Part shown: positions 28,053 to 32,000 of the stretch, one piece after another
Position numbering within the stretch: position 1 is the stretch's first letter
Layout of the letters: the number at the start of each line of letters is the position of its first letter
NCBI RefSeq assembly: GCF_000009045.1
Contig: NC_000964.3
Location: forward strand, 3,570,001 to 3,602,000
Source: Bacillus subtilis subsp. subtilis str. 168
GTDB taxonomy: Bacteria; Bacillota; Bacilli; Bacillales; Bacillaceae
Direction: 5' to 3'
Length of the DNA: 32,000 nt
Translations under genes and position numbers: made by a program
The notes under the pieces: generated by a model
What the model saw: only the letters and a program-made list of their open reading frames with translations
Databases searched by the model: none
What the model was told of the DNA's origin: nothing

Positions 28053-31000
28053 ACATGGCGAAAATCAAACTGGTCTGGTGCCGGACGATATGTTTCTTTT
28101 TTCGTCTTGAACTTCCAGATCGGTGATTTCGTTTTGCCGTTAAAACTGTCTTCCACTATAATGTACCAATAATAAACAGACTGCGGTTCAAGATGATCCC
28201 AGCGGAATTCAGCTGTGTCCCCGCTCTTCACTTGCTCCCGTTTTCCGAGCTCTTCATTGGTATATACGTTACATTCAAAATAATCGGTTTCCACCTTTTT
28301 GATTCTTGGCTTCAAATCAAGCGAAAGGGAAAATTCATCCTTGTTGCCATAGGTATCCGTATCATAGTAGTTCTTATCCTTTACATACGGAGAGTACGTC
28401 GATACGTGCACCATGTCATTGGCTTGGTCAAATTGAAGCAAACGCAAATACCCTTGGCCGCCTTCTGGCCCGCCCTGATAATCGGCCAGCATTTGATGCA
28501 CAAGACGATCCGGTTTCCCATCACCATCATCATCCAGCTCATCTGTTTTTCTCATCGCACTATGATAATGCCCGCTCAACACCATCACGACATTCGGGTT
28601 CGGCTTTACGATTTCTTTGAATATTTTCTCTCCGATTGGGCTTCTGTTTCCGCTGACCAGCAAATACTCATGAAAAGCTAAAATGGCCATCCGGTCAGGA
28701 TGCTTCTTCAGCACCTGATTCATCCACGCGATGTCTTCATCCGTAATGCCCCATCCCATGTACAGCATGATATAATCATTGCCGTTGCTAGAAATCAGGT
28801 CATAATGTCCGCGGTTATTTTTATAGGAACCGCCATAATGAAATTTTTTATCAAAACGATCGCTGCCAAAATATTTGCCAAACGCCCTGTAGGAGCCGTC
28901 CTTATGTCCGACATCGTGATTGCCGGCCAGCACGCCGTAAGGAATTCCGCTCTTATCCAGAACGGACATTGACCGATCAGCGTTTTTCCACTGTCTGATA
29001 TCGGCGGAATCATCTACAATATCACCCGTGTGGAACACATATTTGATATTGAGCTGCTTTTGATTATCTTTTATCCATTCGGTCTGTTTATCAAAAATAT
29101 GCGGATAGCTTTCGGCGTAATACTGTGTATCAGACATCCAGACAAATGTGTACATATCCTTCGCAGGAGGAATTTCATCCTGTACAATCACATTCATTTT
29201 CGACTCCCGTACAAAATCGGCGGCAATCACAGACGCTTTCAGCGTAAACGGTTTGTCATCCTTCGCGACGAAGCTGTCAACAGGCTGCCATTCGTTTGTC
29301 CGATAATTCCAAGCATACATCGTCACCTTTCTCCCCGGCAAAGAACTGCCCTTCCAGACTGATTCTGCCAGATCATTCTCATCAATTGATGGATCAACCG
29401 TCACTTCAAAGCGATGATAAGGGAAAAGCTCTTTGTTTTCTGTCGATACTGTTTTTCCATCAGCAGCTGATACCCGCTCCAATTCTTTATTCGTAAATGG
29501 GGTCTCCCTTTCCGGCACAAAGCTTTTCGGCGGTTCAGTCAGTGACGCGTGCTTAAATATTTTCACATGATTGCGCGCTGTATATTGAAATCCCCTATAA
29601 AAACCAACATCCATGGCATCATTCGTCGGATCTTTCACCCGTACAGAAAGCTTGGCCTTATGCGTGTCGGCTTCGCTGTCTATAACCTCCGGCTGGTCCG
29701 GATGCTCTCGTTCGGTTTTAAATATCCTCTCAATCACTGTTTTATTGCCCGCGAGATCCGTTGCTGTCACTTTTAGAGAATGTTTTCCCGGCAAAAGGTC
29801 AGAAGATGACGTATGATATGGGAGTGTAATGCTTTCTCCATCTAACGACGCCTCCGCTTCCTCAATTCTGCTCCATTTATCATACATATCCGCCTGCAGG
29901 ATAAGGTTTCCTTTATACGTTTGCCCCTCGGTGATATTCGGCTCAATGTGAGGTCCTGAATTATCTACCCGTACAACCAGGCTGACATTTTCCTTCCCGT
30001 CGCTTGCTTGAATATGGTGAGCGCCTTCAGAAAGCTTTGATGTATCCCACTCCAGCAGCTGTGATGTAAATAGTCCGTCAGGCAGATTGAACTGAAATTG
30101 CCAGCTTTTATTCGAGCGCTGATTATCGCCAATAAAGAGTTCCTTCTCAGGAGACACCCTCTGATCTCTGATCACCGTTCCATCCGATAACACCAATCGG
30201 GCGTTTTTGACTAAGAAGTCATCACGGTTTTCAGCCGTATCAAACGGAGACACCTTCGAACCTGAACGTATCGTAATACGCTGCAGCTGCTTCCCTTTCC
30301 GAAGCAGTGTCTCTGGCAATGGAACAGAATAGGTGCGGTATTTATTTGTTGTATCATCGAACACCTTCAGCACTTTGCCTTCCATCGTTACCGCGTTTTT
30401 AAAATAAAGGTTCGTTTTCCTCGTATCGAATGCAAAATATACTTCTTTTTCCATCGCGGGCTCTGTCACTTGTTTTTTCCCGTCAATCCATAGCTTAATG
30501 CTGTCAGCTCGCCCTTCTGTCGTGGCTTTGAGAAATTGAGTTCCCGACAGCGTGTCTCTGTTTTCAATATTCATCCGCAGACCGTGCGCCTTGCTTGTTT
30601 GTTTAATATCAATCATTTTGACCGGCGTTCTCGCTTCATTGATCCCGTCCCCGGCCGCCACATAATACTCTAGCTGATCCTTCCCGATCAATTCAGGCGA
30701 ATACACAATATAATGGAAGAGATTATCGTTGCGGTCTTTTTCAGCAAGAATTCGCTTAAACGGTTTGTTCTCATCCGTCCGGTAGTAAAAGGCCACTGTT
30801 TTCACTAGGCTTCGGTCCCGTATGTCAGCCCGCAGCTCAATGCTTTCAGCAGGGCGGACAGGCTTGCGGTCAGTCAAATCCTCAATGACCGGCTTTTCTT
30901 TATCGAGCTTGATTTTCCGTTTCTGGTCGGGCACCTGTGCCTGTAATACGGTTCCGGGAGACGGATTCTTTTCCCCGATTGAAATGTTCAGAAGTTCTGC

Positions 31001-31909
31001 TGTTCCGTTCAGTGGATACTTATAAAGCACTGATGACAGCCGGCGCAGCGCATGTTTCCGATAATGCGCAACCGAAATGTCCTTTCCTGTATTCGTTGAT
31101 ATCACAACGGCCCGCGGCCTCGTATTGGCCATACCCTCTGTCTCGTCTATCACCGCAAGATTTTTTCCTTCTTTTAGTTGTGTCTGATAATAACGATTGA
31201 AATCCGCTGACGTCAATTCTGGATGCCCGGCAGGCTTCAGCCAGACGACAAACGTTTCGCCGGATGGTATCAAGATCCTTTCATCAGGTCTCCAAATCAG
31301 ATCGGAGTCAGGCCCTTCTTTTGGGTAGCGGTAACGGATATGGTAGTCTTTAAAATCAATCGTTCTGTCAGTCGTATTAAAAATCTCAATAAATTCATAA
31401 CCGTCTGCGCGTCCTATATTCTTCGTATCAACCGCCAGCTCTGTGATCAGAAGCTCCGGAATATGGGCAAGGTCAGCCTGGTATCCTTCAAGCTTCAGTT
31501 TCTTCGTCTCCGACTCAACCCGCTGCTTCCCATTCGACATCACAATGTAATACTCAAGCTCGCTGTTCCAAATCAAACGTTTCGGAATTTGTGCCAAAAA
31601 CTTGCGGACCGCTCCGGGGGTCGGGTCCATCGGCACCATTTTGTAGCCCAGCTCATTACTTTGTTTATAAAAAAGAAAGGCGGAAAATGCTTGATACGAA
31701 TTATCGCGAACTTGAGCCTCAATCATTAGATTGCTTCTCATTTCAGCTTTCACATCAATTTGAGGAGGATTTTCAAGCAAGGGTATGTAATGAGGCGTTT
31801 GAAATAGTTCCTGCTGTACAACAGGAAAAGCTTTCGATTCATGATGGCCGCCAGACAAAACGGAAAGAAAAGACAGTAATATAGAAGCAATAACCGTGTA
31901 TTTCCTCAT
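28040..31909 (-). CDS. yvnB: YvnB, giant secreted multidomain calcineurin-like metallophosphoesterase with a lamin-tail-like domain, 1289 aa
   Basis: GGAGGTG RBS (31921-31915) 5 nt upstream of ATG 31909. The ORF track starts one codon earlier, at TTG. Signal peptide MRKYTVIASILLSFLSVLSGG. Phosphoesterase motifs occur in order: WMSDTQYY, HTGDIVDD, LAGNHD, AFHEY, LSGHYH. Confidence 0.92.
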   Translation of the reverse strand: MRKYTVIASILLSFLSVLSGGHHESKAFPVVQQELFQTPHYIPLLENPPQIDVKAEMRSNLMIEAQVRDNSYQAFSAFLFYKQSNELGYKMVPMDPTPGAVRKFLAQIPKRLIWNSELEYYIVMSNGKQRVESETKKLKLEGYQADLAHIPELLITELAVDTKNIGRADGYEFIEIFNTTDRTIDFKDYHIRYRYPKEGPDSDLIWRPDERILIPSGETFVVWLKPAGHPELTSADFNRYYQTQLKEGKNLAVIDETEGMANTRPRAVVISTNTGKDISVAHYRKHALRRLSSVLYKYPLNGTAELLNISIGEKNPSPGTVLQAQVPDQKRKIKLDKEKPVIEDLTDRKPVRPAESIELRADIRDRSLVKTVAFYYRTDENKPFKRILAEKDRNDNLFHYIVYSPELIGKDQLEYYVAAGDGINEARTPVKMIDIKQTSKAHGLRMNIENRDTLSGTQFLKATTEGRADSIKLWIDGKKQVTEPAMEKEVYFAFDTRKTNLYFKNAVTMEGKVLKVFDDTTNKYRTYSVPLPETLLRKGKQLQRITIRSGSKVSPFDTAENRDDFLVKNARLVLSDGTVIRDQRVSPEKELFIGDNQRSNKSWQFQFNLPDGLFTSQLLEWDTSKLSEGAHHIQASDGKENVSLVVRVDNSGPHIEPNITEGQTYKGNLILQADMYDKWSRIEEAEASLDGESITLPYHTSSSDLLPGKHSLKVTATDLAGNKTVIERIFKTEREHPDQPEVIDSEADTHKAKLSVRVKDPTNDAMDVGFYRGFQYTARNHVKIFKHASLTEPPKSFVPERETPFTNKELERVSAADGKTVSTENKELFPYHRFEVTVDPSIDENDLAESVWKGSSLPGRKVTMYAWNYRTNEWQPVDSFVAKDDKPFTLKASVIAADFVRESKMNVIVQDEIPPAKDMYTFVWMSDTQYYAESYPHIFDKQTEWIKDNQKQLNIKYVFHTGDIVDDSADIRQWKNADRSMSVLDKSGIPYGVLAGNHDVGHKDGSYRAFGKYFGSDRFDKKFHYGGSYKNNRGHYDLISSNGNDYIMLYMGWGITDEDIAWMNQVLKKHPDRMAILAFHEYLLVSGNRSPIGEKIFKEIVKPNPNVVMVLSGHYHSAMRKTDELDDDGDGKPDRLVHQMLADYQGGPEGGQGYLRLLQFDQANDMVHVSTYSPYVKDKNYYDTDTYGNKDEFSLSLDLKPRIKKVETDYFECNVYTNEELGKREQVKSGDTAEFRWDHLEPQSVYYWYIIVEDSFNGKTKSPIWKFKTKKETYRPAPDQFDFRHVSNP

Positions 31910-32000
31910 CAAAGCACCTCCCTTTTCATGTATTTTGCGTCTGAACAGGGAAGCTTATGAGTTCATTTTTGTGCATAAAGAACAAAAAAACGTCTGTCTC

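Noticed and set aside
28193-28681. 162-aa plus-strand ORF, plus several other 60-170-aa plus-strand ORFs between 28.3 and 31.9 kb
   Set aside because: All are antisense within the 1289-aa yvnB reading frame, which has a signal peptide and ordered catalytic motifs. None has a convincing RBS.

Overview
The window is recognisably Bacillus subtilis (168-like) chromosome. I identified it from the translated ORFs, not from a database search. Gene order is whiA(partial)-yvcK-yvcJ-yvcI, trxB, cwlO, yvcD, bmrA, an AT-rich three-gene cassette (small ORF-yvcB-yvcA), the histidine operon hisZGDBHAFI, yvpB, pelC, the hprK-lgt-yvoD-ppaX-yvoF operon, the divergent nagA-nagB-nagR operon, and the giant secreted yvnB. 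Almost everything is on the minus strand. Only yvpB, pelC and the nag operon are on the plus strand. I saw no rRNA, tRNA, CRISPR array, IS element or prophage gene. Most of the window is well-known core metabolism and cell-envelope housekeeping. The part worth a second look is the yvcA-yvcB-small ORF cassette (about 9.6-12.9 kb). It encodes a lipoprotein, a signal-less 636-aa protein with a lipase-type GHSLA motif followed by a long helix-prone C-terminal half, and a small charged helical protein. This layout resembles a reverse-architecture type VII secretion lipase toxin with its immunity and partner proteins, but that reading is inference only. Lesser curiosities are: the TPR protein YvcD with an HTH-like tail, the long cwlO leader, the multidomain phosphoesterase YvnB, a free-standing exported C39-like peptidase (YvpB), and a perfect inverted repeat in the hisZ/yvpB intergenic region. 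Several ORF-track starts were trimmed to internal start codons that have better ribosome-binding sites and match the protein N-termini I remember.
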